From Chrysomallon squamiferum (Eukaryota; Animalia; Mollusca): DNA of 64,000 bases. The position numbers and the translations under genes are program-made. Shown here piece after piece: positions 17,783 through 32,550 of this stretch. A model generated the notes under the pieces. That model was not told the DNA's origin. It worked only from the letters and a program-made list of their open reading frames with translations, and made no database searches. Position 1 is the stretch's first letter. Each line of letters starts with the position of its first letter. The stretch lies in contig CM022667.1 in assembly GCA_012295275.1 (NCBI GenBank), forward strand, positions 9,858,001 to 9,922,000, given 5' to 3'.

Positions 17783-18484
17783 TCTGCTGGTCTGCAATGA
17801 TAAAGAGGCTGAAAGGTCAGCTGACCATTGACTACAGTCAGTATCCATGGATATTCTTTTCTTTGTGATAAAAATTCTTACCAAGCAACTGAAAATCACA
17901 GTTTGTCTCGCTTTTACATCATCAAAGGCAGTGTAACAAACACATTTTTATAAAATCTGATTTACATGCCTTATGTCGTCATCAGTTTCTTGATCTGTTA
18001 ATGAACAATGAAAGGATGGGCTTTGATGAAATGTCTCATTTACAGAAATTAAAGACCAGAGAAATTAATCCCTAGTGAAAGATATTTTTTTTGTTCGATT
18101 CATAGTTAATTAATTATCTCTGCTTAACTCTCACCCCAAATACAAAAACCCCCCCAACAAATAATAAAAAAAAAAAAATATATATATTTAATATAAAGGT
18201 ATATATATAAACACTGAAGCACACACAAACAATAACAAATAATAAACACAAAAATAAAACTTGAACACATATACAAACACACACACAGATACACATTTGC
18301 CAAATAACATTTATCATCTCTACAGAACATTAGGTGTCTCCTGATAAATCCATTTAATTTATTATTTTTGTAATACTTTTATAATTCTATTGTTTTACTT
18401 TTCATACAAAAAACATTTAATCTTTTTAAAACAAATTAATCTTTAATAAAAATTACAAAAGTTTTCTTCTTCAGTCAGAAATGT

Positions 18485-18523
<39 letters not shown>

Positions 18524-19200
18524 TATATATTATATTTATTTATTTATTATATTTTGTACAGCTTGTGCTTGACCAAGATTCTTTCTGAATATAGAGTTCA
18601 CTTTTTTAACAATTATTTTTTTTTTTTTTTGCTGTTATATCAGAAGTAGAACAATTTATTTTAATTTGGTTTACTTTTGACCAGGATTTAACTCTCTGGC
18701 ATCTCGTGAAACTAATATAAATTTGATTTTTCTTTTCTTCTTATTATGTTTTCTCAGTATAAAGCAAATATAAATTTGTATCATAAAAAAATAAGGCATT
18801 ATTTTAATTTGTTCTTGTACAGAGTATGAAATGAAACAAATTAAATTCTACCATATCTATTTAAATAATATTGTGATAAAATTAATATGATATAAAAGGG
18901 ATTTTACTAATATCGCCCTCATAGGCTCTTTACTACTTTGAAAAAGCTGATGAAGATTATTATATATATTATTGAACTTAATAATTTTATTATTGTTCCG
19001 TTTTTTATTATTAACATCATCATCATCATTTTTATTATTATTATTATTATTATTATAAAAGTTGTTAGTGTGTGTTACTATCATATAAATATATATAGAC
19101 TATACTGTATGTTCTGAACTTTAAATCTAATTTTCTTCTCAGGAATATAGAGAAGCCATTGATTTGCTGAAGAAAACTGGACTTAAGGATATGAAGAGTA
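17783..19200 (+). pseudogene. Decayed RMDN (regulator of microtubule dynamics, FAM82)-like multi-exon gene, older copy
   Basis: A 31-nt exon at 18925-18955 follows a TACTAAT branch point and AG, and reads ALYYFEKADE (RMDN1 ALGYFHRAEQ as recalled). The exon from 19143 reads EYREAIDLLKKTGLKDM. Upstream remnants read SYQATE..QCNK and REINP. In-frame stops, frameshifts and a GT>AT donor are present. Confidence 0.5.
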
Positions 19201-19724
19201 TCGTGTGAACACACACACACACAAACACACACAAAATATTTATTATTAATGCACATTAGAGCATACACAAATATGTGTTAATCTTCCTAATTTTACCAAA
19301 TTTATTATCATTAGTATACTTACTTTTCCTTTCAAATTAGTTTATAGGTACAAGAAACTCAGTTATTCCCTGAAACACCTGTTGCATATTTCATGGAAGA
19401 TGCTTGAAATTTGCAGTAGTAATATTAACTTAGTAACTGAAAATTCTGTTATAGTTACATTGAATTATTATTGTTATAAATTTTCATATCGTTTTATAAC
19501 AGAATACTTTTAGAATCTTGACTTTCCCAACATTGTTTGTATTAAAATCTCGACAATGGTTTTCATATAATTATTACATATTAAATTTATTATTTAGTTA
19601 AATATTACATTTCTGATTTAATTTAATATTGTAATTTTAAATTTAATTAAATGTTACGTTTGTTTTATTTAGTTTAACATTATAGTTTTCAATTAAGCTA
19701 ACTATTTTGTTTTTCATCTTAATA

Positions 19725-20160
19725 TTCGGGGAAACCGTGGCAGGCTGAGCTATAGGGCAGGTTAGGCTACACAACAATTAACCGTTAAGAAATTATTTTC
19801 TTTCCGTTTTTTTTTTTTTTGGTCCACTTATTGTTTTTCATTCACCAGATGTACCGATGACGTCATAGTGCTACTTGGTACCCGCTGTTGTGATATGGGA
19901 TTCTGAAAACACTTAGGAAATATGACAAAATCTGAACGAGCTGGAAGCTGCTGGTCAGTAACGAACAGTTCTAAATAAAATCAGCGCACACAGTCTGGGT
20001 CAGGTCGGGCCGGGGTAGGTCGCGACACTCCCCAGTGCTGAGAACATAGCAAAAGAAGGGCTATGGAAGACAGGAGTCAACCTATATCTTGAAATTTGCT
20101 GAAGAGTTTGCTGCAGAGTAAACAATCGCTAGAATCGCATGCTCTGAAAGAGACTCTAAC
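19725..20160. mobile_element. GC-richer segment, possibly the end of a Tc1/mariner-pogo-like DNA transposon relic
   Basis: Starts abruptly with cggggaaaccgtggcaggctgagc and has internal gggcagg repeats. Absent from the first array unit; present near 23640-24070, 28400-28830 and 33160-33600. No partner TIR or transposase was identified. Confidence 0.3.
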
Positions 20161-21750
20161 ATTAATTTTTCCTTTTGTTTTCATTATATTATTTTAAGCT
20201 GTTGTTTTTTTAATTTGTATTAAACCGACCAATAGAAAAAGACACTGACGCAGTCACGCGCTGACAAACGTACAGACACCTCCTCTGTCACTATTACTGA
20301 TACTGCAGTCATCATTAATGATGATAATAATGACAAGAACGATGTTGACAACAACAATAGATTCATACATATATATATATATATATATAAAACAAAAATA
20401 TGAAAAAGAACGAAAGTTAATTTTTATATTAATTTAATTGAATATCATACAGTGTTTAATTGACATAAATAAAGAACCTGAAAGCTTTGTGCTGTTTCAA
20501 GTAATTTGTAAACAAGTAAAACGTTTTTGACGTTCTTCTGAAGATAACCAAAGTTCCGTGCTTTTTCAAACAATTTGCGAGAAGAAGAAAGTTTTCCATG
20601 TTCTACTGAAGATAACCAAAGTTTTGTGCTGTTTCAAATATTTCTTTAAGAAGATTTTGACTCCTGTTGAAGATGATCAAACAGTTTTCCTTTTCAGTCT
20701 TTTCTTCGTTTCACACAAACGCAAAAGTAAAAAACTAAATTCGTCTCTGAAATGTTCCCTTTATTGTTTTCATAGTCACCGTCAGAAAACAAGAGCGATG
20801 AGCGAATGAAATAACACTAATTTCTTCTTTTGTTTAACTCCAAGTATAAAATAAAATATTTTAAAACTTAGAAAAAGAAACAATTAATGTATGAAATAAA
20901 ATAAAATATCGGTAAGAAAAAGTATCAACAAAAGCTAACAAACGAACCAAAATAGAAAAAAAAAAACCATAAAAAATAAAAAAAATAATAATAGAAAAAC
21001 AGAAAAATTATAAATTAGTTTCCAATGAATACTTCTAAAGCATTTCTCTCACATTTCCTCTTATTCACAAAACAGAGCTGAAACCCGCTGTGGTTAGACA
21101 AACCCGCATTTTCCTCTGTGGTTTGAAACAGAATTTTCTGCCCTTCATTTTCAGACCCGAAGTCCATCTTGAAAGAAGCTGGGAACACGATAGACATGTT
21201 TATCTCTTAAATTACGTAAGTTAACAAAGGTGTAGAGTTGTACAATACTAAAACGAACAAGTGACAGCCCTTATATAACTAAATTTATAAAATGTGTCGG
21301 AAAGAAAACTTTTCCTGAATCACCACTGACAACAGCGTGATTTCTGAACATGTTCTGCGCATACATGACAGAAAAGATCTGATTGTTTGTACATCTGGTG
21401 TCGGACTGAACCGTTAAAATACACCCCCAGGTTTTCCCGTTTTTGTGTAAGTTAGAAATCTTTTCATGATGGTGGATTTAGATCTAATGAGATTTCTTAA
21501 TACGAAGTCTTTTACTAATCTCTTTTTATGATTCTGGGTGTTGTTTTTGTTGATTTCTTCGTGGGGTTTTATTATTATTATTATTCTTTTTATTATTTAA
21601 TTCTATTTTTTATTTATTTCTCAAAGTGTTAATAGTTATTAGGCTGAATGAAATAGGAGTCTATTCGGTAAATTTCAAAACCATGAGGAGATCATTTCAA
21701 ATGTCCACTTCCCTTAAATAAACAAATAAATAAGGAAATAAATAAGGAAA

Positions 21751-21789
<39 letters not shown>

Positions 21790-24700
21790 AACAAAGAAAA
21801 ATAAAAAGGTGATCAAAATATACACACACACGCACACAGATGCACAAACAGAAAGAAGAATAAGACGATAGGTTATCTTTCAAAACTGCAAGAATACCAA
21901 AACAAAATTTAAGTTTGTTTCGCTTCTCATAAATTTGAAATTAACCTGTTATTTCTTCAACGTATGCCTTAAATTTCACTAATAATTAGAAGTACTGTAT
22001 TTCTTAGGTTTCTGGTTGAAAGAAGCCTATTACAGAGAACTGCCTGATGTAACCTTAAGACAGAAATGATTCTATTGTTGGAATCAAAACATAAATTATT
22101 ATCTGTTTATTCATTTTATAGTTTTAGTAAGACAAGTAACTACTCATGTTCAGTCATCTTTTAGTTTAGCCTTCCCAGAGACAGGAAAGCAGACTTTAAT
22201 AAAACAGTCTCACGTTAGTTGGCTGAAATGGGAAATTACCCGACGAGTTGTTGGTTAAGGATTGAACTTGCAATTCACTGATCATCAGCCTAGCACTGTA
22301 ACATCTGAAATACAGCCAACTTCTGGATCATCTGACCATTGCATACTTTTTTCTTTTGTATTTTTAATTTGCTTTAGTAACAGTTAGTTTGTTTGAATTT
22401 TTCATTTCTCTGTTTTCCTTCTTGCTTTAATTATGTAACATTATGTTTCTGGATGATTTAATGATAGCCTGGTCATCATCTCTGCTGATGTGTTTTTGTA
22501 AAGAGCCTCGAGGACCTGCAGGACGCTGACTACAGTCAGTATCCATGGAGATTCTTTTCTTTGTAATACAAATTCTTACTAAGCAACTGAAAAATCACAG
22601 CTGGTGACACTTTTACGTCTTTTGTGTTAAATAAATAAATAAATAAATATAGAATTTAATAATTGCATGTGATATAACAGAAATGTAACCAAGACATTTT
22701 TATAAAATCTGAAATATATTATATGCTTTATATGGTTATCAGTTTCTTCAACTGTTAGTGAACCACAGAAGGATGGGCTTTGATGAAATGTCTTTTTTAC
22801 ATAAATTAAAGACTTTGACTTTTAATCCCTACAGATAAATGTTTTTTGGATTCCTTGAAAATTAATTCTCACTGCCTCTCACTCTCAATTTTAAAAGGAA
22901 AACGTTTCGAAAAAACCCCCCAAAAACAAAAAAAAACAGAAAAAAAAATATTAGCGCATATAAATAAACACTGAAGCACACAGAAACAAACAAACAAAAA
23001 AAATACATAAACACACAAACAACACATGAACACACCCACAAACAACATATCAACATGCACACAAACACACACAGATACACACATACAAAATTACATTTAT
23101 CATCTCTACTGAGCATTAGATGTCTGTTGATAAATCCATTTTAATTACTATTCTTTTTGTAATACTTTAAGAATTCTATTGTTTTACTTTTCACTCAAAA
23201 CACTCTACAGTTTTTAAATATTTTATTGTTTAATGAAACAGGTAAAGTTTTATTCTTCTTCAGTCACAAAGGTTTATTATTTATTTATTTATATATTGAT
23301 CTATTTATTTATTTATGTAATATTATATTTTATTGCAATTTGTGTTTGACCGAGTTTCTTTCTGAAAATGAAGTTCATATTTTTAATAAATTAATTTTTT
23401 TTCCCCAATTATTATCACAAATAAAACAATTTATTTTAGTTTGGTTTATTTTTAGCTGCGATTTAACATTTTGGCATCTCGTAAAAGTAATATAAATTTG
23501 ATGTTGTAGTTTCAAATTTAATTAAATATTGAATTTTTTATTTAGTTAATATTGTCATTTTAAATTTAGTTAAATGTTACATTTGTTTTATTTAGTTTAA
23601 CATAACAGTTTTGAATTAAGTTAACTATTTTGTTTTTCGGGCAGGATAGGCTGCATAACAATTAACCGTGTAGAAATTATTTTCTTTCCGTTTTTCTTGT
23701 CCACTTATTGTTTCTAATTAACCAGATCTACCGATGACGTCATAGTGCTACTTGGTACCCGCTGTTGTGACGTGGGATTCTGAAAACACTTAGAAACGCG
23801 GTAAAATCTGAACGAGCTGGCAGTTGCTGGTATGTAACAAATAACTGAACATAAAATCAACGCACACAATCTGGGGCAGGTCGGGCCGGGGTATATTGGG
23901 CCACACCCCAATAGTGAGAATACACCAAAACAAGGGCTATCGAAGTCAGGTCCCAATAGATGTCTTGAAATGCACTGAGGAGAATGCTATAGAGGGAACA
24001 ATCGCTACAAACGTATTTTCTGAACGAGACGCTAAGACGTGCTACCCAGAAAAGGTTTTCAGGTCAAAGCTGTAAGACATTTTCATCTTTCTTTCATCAT
24101 ATGATTTTAAGCTGTTGTTTTTTTAAATTTGTATTAAACCGACCAATAGAAAAGACAAACACGCTGGCAAGCGCTGACAAAGGTACAGTCACGCGGAAAT
24201 ACTACCACCGTTCCTATTAGTGATACAGCCCTCATTATTAATATTGCTAATAATGACAAGATCGATGACGACAAATATATTAATAAAGAAAACAGCGATG
24301 TTTAGAACATATATATATATATATATATCAAACAAAATGAAAAATAACGAAAGTGAACTTTTATACTAATTTAATAATAACATGGTACAGTGTTTAGCAC
24401 AAATAACGAACCTGAAAGTTGTTTGCATTTCAAACAATTTGTGACAAGAAAAAAGTTTTTCACGTTCTGTCTAGGATAACCGATGTTTCGTGCTGTTTCA
24501 AATATTTCTTTAAGAAGATTTTGACTCCTGTTGAAGATGATCAAACAGTTTTCCTTTGTAGTTTCTTTCTTCGTTTCACACAAACGCAAAAGTAAAAAAC
24601 TAAATTCGTCACTGAAATGTTCCCTTTATTGTTTTCATAGTCACCGTCAGAAAACAAGAGCGATGAGCGAATGAAATAACACTAATTTCTTCTTTTGTTT

Positions 24701-25673
24701 AACTCCAAGTATAAATTAAAATATTTTGAAACTTGGAAAAACAAATAATGTAACAAATAAAATAAAATATCGGTAAGAAAAAATATTAATAAAACCTAAG
24801 AAAGGTAATAAAATAGAAAAATAATTATATAAAATAAAATAAATATAAAATTAAGAACAAAAACAAAATAATAATTATAAGAAACCCAGAAAAATTATAA
24901 ATTAGTTTCCATTGAATACTTCTAAAGCATTTCTCTCACATTTCCTCTTATTCAGAAAACAGAACTGAAACCCGCTGTGGTTAGAGAATCCCACATTTTC
25001 CTCTGTGGCTTGAAACAGAATTTTCTGCCCTTCATTCTCAGACTGGAAGTCCATCTTGAAAGAAGCTGGGAACACGATAGACATGTTTATATCTTGACTT
25101 ACGTTAGTTAACAACGGCGTAGATTTTTACAATACTAAATCAAACAGGTGACTGCCCTTATATAACTAAATTTATAAAATGTGTCGGAAAGAAAACATTT
25201 CCTGAATCACCACTGACAACAGCGTGATATTTTAACATGTTCTGCGCATGCATGAGAGAAAAGATCTGATTATTTGTACATCTGATGTCGAACTGAACAG
25301 TTAAAACACACCCAGATTTTTCCGTTTTTTTGTGTAAGTTACAAATCATTCCAGTGATGGTGAATTAGGATCCACTGATATTTTTGGGTACGAAGGCTTT
25401 TACAAATCTCTTTCTATGTTTCTCGTGGTTTTTAGTGGGGATTTTTTTTTTCGTGTTTTTTTCCTTTTTTTGTTTTCTATTTTATTATTATTATTTTTTC
25501 AATTTTAGTTTATTATTTTTTTTTTTTTTTGCAAGTGTTAATAGTCATTAGGCTGAATGAAACAGGAATCCGTTGATTAAATTTCAAGACCATGAGGAGA
25601 TCATTTGAAATGCCCCCTCCCCAACGGATATAAGTAAAATAAATAAAAACGTGATCAAGGTGCAGTCGAAACA

Positions 25674-25742
<69 letters not shown>

Positions 25743-26269
25743 GCATGAAGAAGAAGAAGAAGAAAGGTCATGTTTTAAAACTGCAAGAATACCAAAAGAA
25801 GATTTAAGCTTTAACCTTCAATTCGCTTGTCATAAATTTCTTTAGGTTCCTGGTTGAAGTAGCCTTTGAGAGAGAAATGATTCTGTTGTTGGAATTAAAA
25901 CTTAAATTCTTATCTGTTTATACATTTTATAGTTTTAGTAAGACATCTTGTATCTCAGCCTTCCCACAGACAGGAAAGCAGACTTTAATAAAAGTCTGAC
26001 GTTAGTTGGCTGGAATGGGAAATTACCCGACTAGTTGTTTGTGTAGAACTGAACTTGCAATTCACTGACCCTCAGCCTAGCACTGTAACATCTGAAATAT
26101 AGCCAACTTCTAGATCGTCTGACCATTGCATACTTTTTTTTTTTTTTTTTTTTCCATTTTCTTCAGTAACAGTTAGTTTGTTTGAATTTTTCTTTTCTCT
26201 GTTTTCTTTCTTGCTTTAATTATGTAACATTATGTTTCTGGATGATTTAATGATAACCTGGTCATCATC

Positions 26270-27605
26270 TCTGCTGATGTGTTTTTGTAAAGAGCCTCGA
26301 GGACCTGCAGGACGCTGACTACAGTCAGTATCCATGGAGATTCTTTTCTTTGTAATACAAATTCTTACTAAGCAACTGAAAAATCACAACTGCTGACACT
26401 TTTACGTCTTTTGTGTTAACAAAAACAAATAAATATAGAATTTAATAACAGAATAACAGAAATGTAACAAACACATTTTTATAAAATCTGAAGTATATTA
26501 TATGCCTTGTATGGTTATGAGTTTCTTCAACCTTTAGTAAACTAGAGAAGGATGGCCTTTGATGAAATGTCTTTTTTACATAAATTAAAGACTGGAGAAA
26601 TTAAAGACTTTGACTTTTAATCCCTACAGATAAATGTTTTTTGGATTCCTTGAAAATTAATTCTCTCTGCCTCACTCTCAACCTTAAAAGGAAAACGTTT
26701 CGAAAAAATAAAAAAATAAAAAAATAAAAAAATAATAAAAAAATATATATATTAAAGCATATAAATCAACACTTAAGCACACAGAAAAAAAATACATAAA
26801 CACACAAACAACACATGAACACACCCACAAACAACATATCAACATGCACACAAACACACACAGATACACACATACAAAATTACATTTATCATCTCTACTG
26901 AGCACTAGATGTCTGTTGATAAATCCATTTTAATTACTATTATTTTTTGTAATACTTTAAGAATTCTATTGTTTTAGTTTTCACTCAAAACACTCTACAG
27001 TTTTTAAATATTTTATTGTTTAATGAAACAGGTAAAGTTTTATTCTTCTTCAGTCACAAATGTTTATTATTTATTTATTTATATATTGATCTATTTATTT
27101 ATTTATGTAATATTATATTTTATTGCAATTTGTGTTTGACCGAGTTTCTTTCTGAAAATGAAGTTCATATTTTTAATAAATTAATTTTTTTTTCCCAATT
27201 ATTATCACAAATAAAACAATTTATTTTAGTTAGGTTTATTTTTAGCTGCGATTTAACATTTTGGCATCTCGTAAAAGTAATATAAATTTGATTTTTCTTT
27301 TATTACTTATTTTTTCTCAGTATAAAGCAAACATAAATTTGTATAATAAAAAAAATAAGGCATTATTTTAATTTGTTCTTGTACAGAGTATGAAATGAAA
27401 CCAATTAGATTCTACCATATCTATTTAAATAATATTGTGATAAAATTAATATGATCTAAAACGGATTTTACTAATAGGTTCCTCGTAGGCTCTTTACCAG
27501 TTTTCAAAAGCTGAGGAAGATAACAGTTATTGTTACTATTATTATTGTTTTATTATATTTATTAAAGTACTGATCAATTTTATTATTTTCCGTTTCATCA
27601 TCATG

Positions 27606-27649
<44 letters not shown>

Positions 27650-27800
27650 AAACGTTGTTAATGTGTGTTACCATCACATAAATATGCGTAGATTTTACTC
27701 TCGTTCTCAACGTTAAATCTAATTTTTTTTTTTTTCAGTCACGTAGAGAAGTCACTGATTTACTGAAGAAAACTGGTCTTAAAGATATGATAAGTTTTCT
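26270..27800 (+). pseudogene. Decayed RMDN-like gene, younger copy
   Basis: SADVFL*RASRTCRTLTTVS near 26270; 31-nt exon 27489-27519 reads ALYQFSKAEE with an AT donor; exon from 27739 reads SRREVTDLLKKTGLKDM. Confidence 0.5.
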
Positions 27801-30434
27801 GTGGATACACCTACATACACACTTATTATGCATGCACATCGGAGCATACAGAAATATGTGTCAGTCTTACTAATTTTGTAAAATTCATTATCATTACTAT
27901 GTTTATTTTTCTTTAAATTAGTTTATATCTACAGGAAACTCAAGTATTCCCTAAAAAGAAACTTTTCCGGTTTTCATGGAAGATGCTGGAACATTGCAGA
28001 ATAATAATAACTTAGTAACTGGAAATTCTGTTACCATGGTTTCATTGAATTATTATTATTACAGATTTTCATATCGTTTTGTAACTGAATATTTTTTTAA
28101 CCTTGACTTTCCCAATATTGTTTGTATTGAAATCTGAACAGTGGTTTTCATGTAATTAATTTATATTCAGTTTTTTATTTAGTTAAATGTTATATTTCAG
28201 ATTTAATTTAATATTGTATTTTTAAATTTAATTAAATATTACGTTTTGTATTTAGGTTAATGTTGTAGTTTCAAATTTAATTAAATATTGAATTTTTTAT
28301 TTAGTTAATATTGTCATTTTAAATTTAGTTAAATGTTACATTTGTTTTATTTAGTTTAACATAACAGTTTTGAATTAAGTTAACTATTTTGTTTTTCGGG
28401 CAGGATAGGCTGCATAACAATTAACCGTGTAGAAATTATTTTCTTTCCGTTTTTCTTGTCCACTTATTGTTTCTAATTAACCAGATCTACCGATGACGTC
28501 ATAGTGCTACTTGGTACCCGCTGTTGTGACGTGGGATTCTGAAAACACTTAGAAACGCGGTAAAATCTGAACGAGCTGGCAGTTGCTGGTATGTAACAAA
28601 TAACTGAACATAAAATCAACGCACACAATCTGGGGCAGGTCGGGCCGGGGTATATTGGGCCACACCCCAATAGTGAGAATACACCAAAAGAAGGGCTATC
28701 GAAGTCAGGTCCCAATAGATGTCTTGAAATGCACTGAGGAGAATGCTATAGAGGGAACAATCGCTACAAACGTATTTTCTGAACGAGACGCTAAGACGTG
28801 CTACCCAGAAAAGGTTTTCAGGTCAAAGCTGTAAGACATTTTCATCTTTCTTTCATCATATGATTTTAAGCTGTTGTTTTTTTAAATTTGTATTAAACCG
28901 ACCAATAGAAAAGACAAACACGCTGGCAAGCGCTGACAAAGGTACAGTCACGCGGAAATACTACCACCGTTCCTATTAGTGATACAGCCCTCATTATTAA
29001 TATTGCTAATAATGACAAGATCGATGACGACAAATATATTAATAAAGAAAACAGCGATGTTTAGAACATATATATATATATATATATATCAAACAAAATG
29101 AAAAATAACGAAAGTGAACTTTTATACTAATTTAATAATAACATGGTACAGTGTTTAGCACAAATAACGAACCTGAAAGTTGTTTGCTGTTTCAAACAAT
29201 TTGTGACAAGAAAAAAGTTTTTCACGTTCTGTCTAGGATAACCGATGTTTCGTGCTGTTTCAAATATTTCTTTAAGAAGATTTTGACTCCTGTTGAAGAT
29301 GATCAAACAGTTTTCCTTTGTAGTTTCTTTCTCCGTTTCACACAAACGCAAAAGTAAAAAACTAAATTCGTCACTGAAATGTTCCCTTTATTGTTTTCAT
29401 AGTCACCGTCAGAAAACAAGAGCGATGAGCGAATGAAATAACACTAATTTCTTCTTTTGTTTAACTCCAAGTATAAATTAAAATATTTTGAAACTTGGAA
29501 AAACAAATAATGTAACAAATAAAATAAAATATCGGTATGAAAAAATATTAATAAAACCTAAGAAAGGTAATAAAATAGAAAAATAATTATAGAAAATAAA
29601 ATAAATATAAAATTAAGAACAAAAACAAAATAATAATTATAAGAAACCCAGAAAAATTATAAATTAGTTTCCATTGAATACTTCTAAAGCATTTCTCTCA
29701 CATTTCCTCTTATTCAGAAAACAGAACTGAAACCCGCTGTGGTTAGAGAATCCCACATTTTCCTCTGTGGCTTGAAACAGAATTTTCTGCCCTTCATTCT
29801 CAGACTGGAAGTCCATCTTGAAAGAAGCTGGGAACACGATAGACATGTTTATATCTTGACTTACGTTAGTTAACAACGGCGTAGATTTTTACAATACTAA
29901 ATCAAACAGGTGACTGCCCTTATATAACTAAATTTATAAAATGTGTCGGAAAGAAAACATTTCCTGAATCACCACTGACAACAGCGTGATATTTTAACAT
30001 GTTCTGCGCATGCATGAGAGAAAAGATCTGATTATTTGTACATCTGATGTCGAACTGAACAGTTAAAACACACCCAGATTTTTCCGTTTTTGTGTAAGTT
30101 ACAAATCATTCCAGTGATGGTGAATTAGGATCCACTGATATTTTTGGGTACGAAGGCTTTTACAAATCTCTTTCTATGTTTCTCGTGGTTTTTAGTGGGG
30201 ATTTTCTTTTTCGTGTTTTTTCCTTTTTTTTGTTTTTTATTTTATTATTATTATTGTTTCAATTTTAGTTTATTATTTTTTTTTTTTTTCTGCAAGTGTT
30301 AATAGTCATTAGGCTGAATGAAACAGGAATCCGTTGATTAAATTTCAAGACCATGAGGAGATCATTTGAAATGCCCCCTCCCCAACGGATATAAGTAAAA
30401 TAAATAAAAACGTGATCAAGGTGCAGTCGAAACA

Positions 30435-30495
<61 letters not shown>

Positions 30496-31021
30496 GCATG
30501 AAGAAGAAGAAGAAGAAAGGTCATGTTTTAAAACTGCAAGAATACCAAAAGAAGATTTAAGCTTTAACCTTCAATTCGCTTGTCATAAATTTCTTTAGGT
30601 TCCTGGTTGAAGTAGCCTTTGAGAGAGAAATGATTCTGTTGTTGGAATTAAAACTTAAATTCTTATCTGTTTATACATTTTATAGTTTTAGTAAGACATC
30701 TTGTATCTCAGCCTTCCCACAGACAGGAAAGCAGACTTTAATAAAAGTCTGACGTTAGTTGGCTGGAATGGGAAATTACCCGACTAGTTGTTTGTGTAGA
30801 ACTGAACTTGCAATTCACTGACCCTCAGCCTAGCACTGTAACATCTGAAATATAGCCAACTTCTAGATCGTCTGACCATTGCATACTTTTTTTTTTTTTT
30901 TTTTTCCATTTTCTTTAGTAACAGTTAGTTTGTTTGAATTTTTCCTTTCTCTGTTTTCTTTCTTGCTTTAATTATGTAACATTATGTTTCTGGATGATTT
31001 AATGATAACCTGGTCATCATC

Positions 31022-32355
31022 TCTGCTGATGTGTTTTTGTAAAGAGCCTCGAGGACCTGCAGGACGCTGACTACAGTCAGTATCCATGGAGATTCTTTTC
31101 TTTGTAATACAAATTCTTACTAAGCAACTGAAAAATCACAACTGCTGACACTTTTACGTCTTTTGTGTTAACAAAAACAAATAAATATAGAATTTAATAA
31201 CAGAATAACAGAAATGTAACAAACACATTTTTATAAAATCTGAAGTATATTATATGCCTTGTATGGTTATGAGTTTCTTCAACTTTTAGTAAACTAGAGA
31301 AGGATGGCCTTTGATGAAATGTCTTTTTTACATAAATTAAAGACTGGAGAAATTAAAGACTTTGACTTTTAATCCCTACAGATAAATGTTTTTTGGATTC
31401 CTTGAAAATTAATTCTCTCTGCCTCACTCTCAACCTTAAAAGGAAAACGTTTCGAAAAAATAAAAAAATAAAAAAATAAAAAAATAATAAAAAAATATAT
31501 ATATTAAAGCATATAAATCAACACTTAAGCACACAGAAAAAAAATACATAAACACACAAACAACACATGAACACACCCACAAACAACATATCAACATGCA
31601 CACAAACACACACAGATACACACATACAAAATTACATTTATCATCTCTACTGAGCACTAGATGTCTGTTGATAAATCCATTTTAATTACTATTCTTTTTG
31701 TAATACTTTAAGAATTCTATTGTTTTACTTTTCACTCAAAACACTCTACAGTTTTTAAATATTTTATTGTTTAATGAAACAGGTAAAGTTTTATTCTTCT
31801 TCAGTCACAAATGTTTATTATTTATTTATTTATATATTGATCTATTTATTTATTTATGTAATATTATATTTTATTGCAATTTGTGTTTGACCGAGTTTCT
31901 TTCTGAAAATGAAGTTCATATTTTTAATAAATTAATTTTTTTTTCCCAATTATTATCACAAATAAAACAATTTATTTTAGTTTGGTTTATTTTTAGCTGC
32001 GATTTAACATTTTGGCATCTCGTAAAAGTAATATAAATTTGATTTTTCTTTTATTACTTATTTTTTCTCAGTATAAAGCAAACATAAATTTGTATAATAA
32101 AAAAAATAAGGCATTATTTTAATTTGTTCTTGTACAGAGTATGAAATGAAACCAATTAGATTCTACCATATCTATTTAAATAATATTGTGATAAAATTAA
32201 TATGATCTAAAACGGATTTTACTAATAGGTTCCTCGTAGGCTCTTTACCAGTTTTCAAAAGCTGAGGAAGATAACAGTTATTGTTACTATTATTATTGTT
32301 TTATTATATTTATTAAAGTACTGATCAATTTTATTATTTTCCGTTTTTCATCATG

Positions 32356-32417
<62 letters not shown>

Positions 32418-32550
32418 AAACGTTGTTAATGTGTGTTACCATCACATAAATATGCGTAGATTTTACTCTCGTTCTCAACGTTAAATCTAAATTTTTTTTT
32501 TTCAGTCACGTAGAGAAGTCACTGATTTACTGAAGAAAACTGGTCTTAAA
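31022..32550 (+). pseudogene. Decayed RMDN-like gene, younger copy
   Basis: Near-identical to 26270-27800; 31-nt exon at 32240-32270. Confidence 0.5.

Noticed and set aside
23714-23956. 80-aa ORF repeated in three units
   Set aside because: Conservation reflects recent duplication; it has a non-ATG start and is disrupted in the older unit near 19850-20080.
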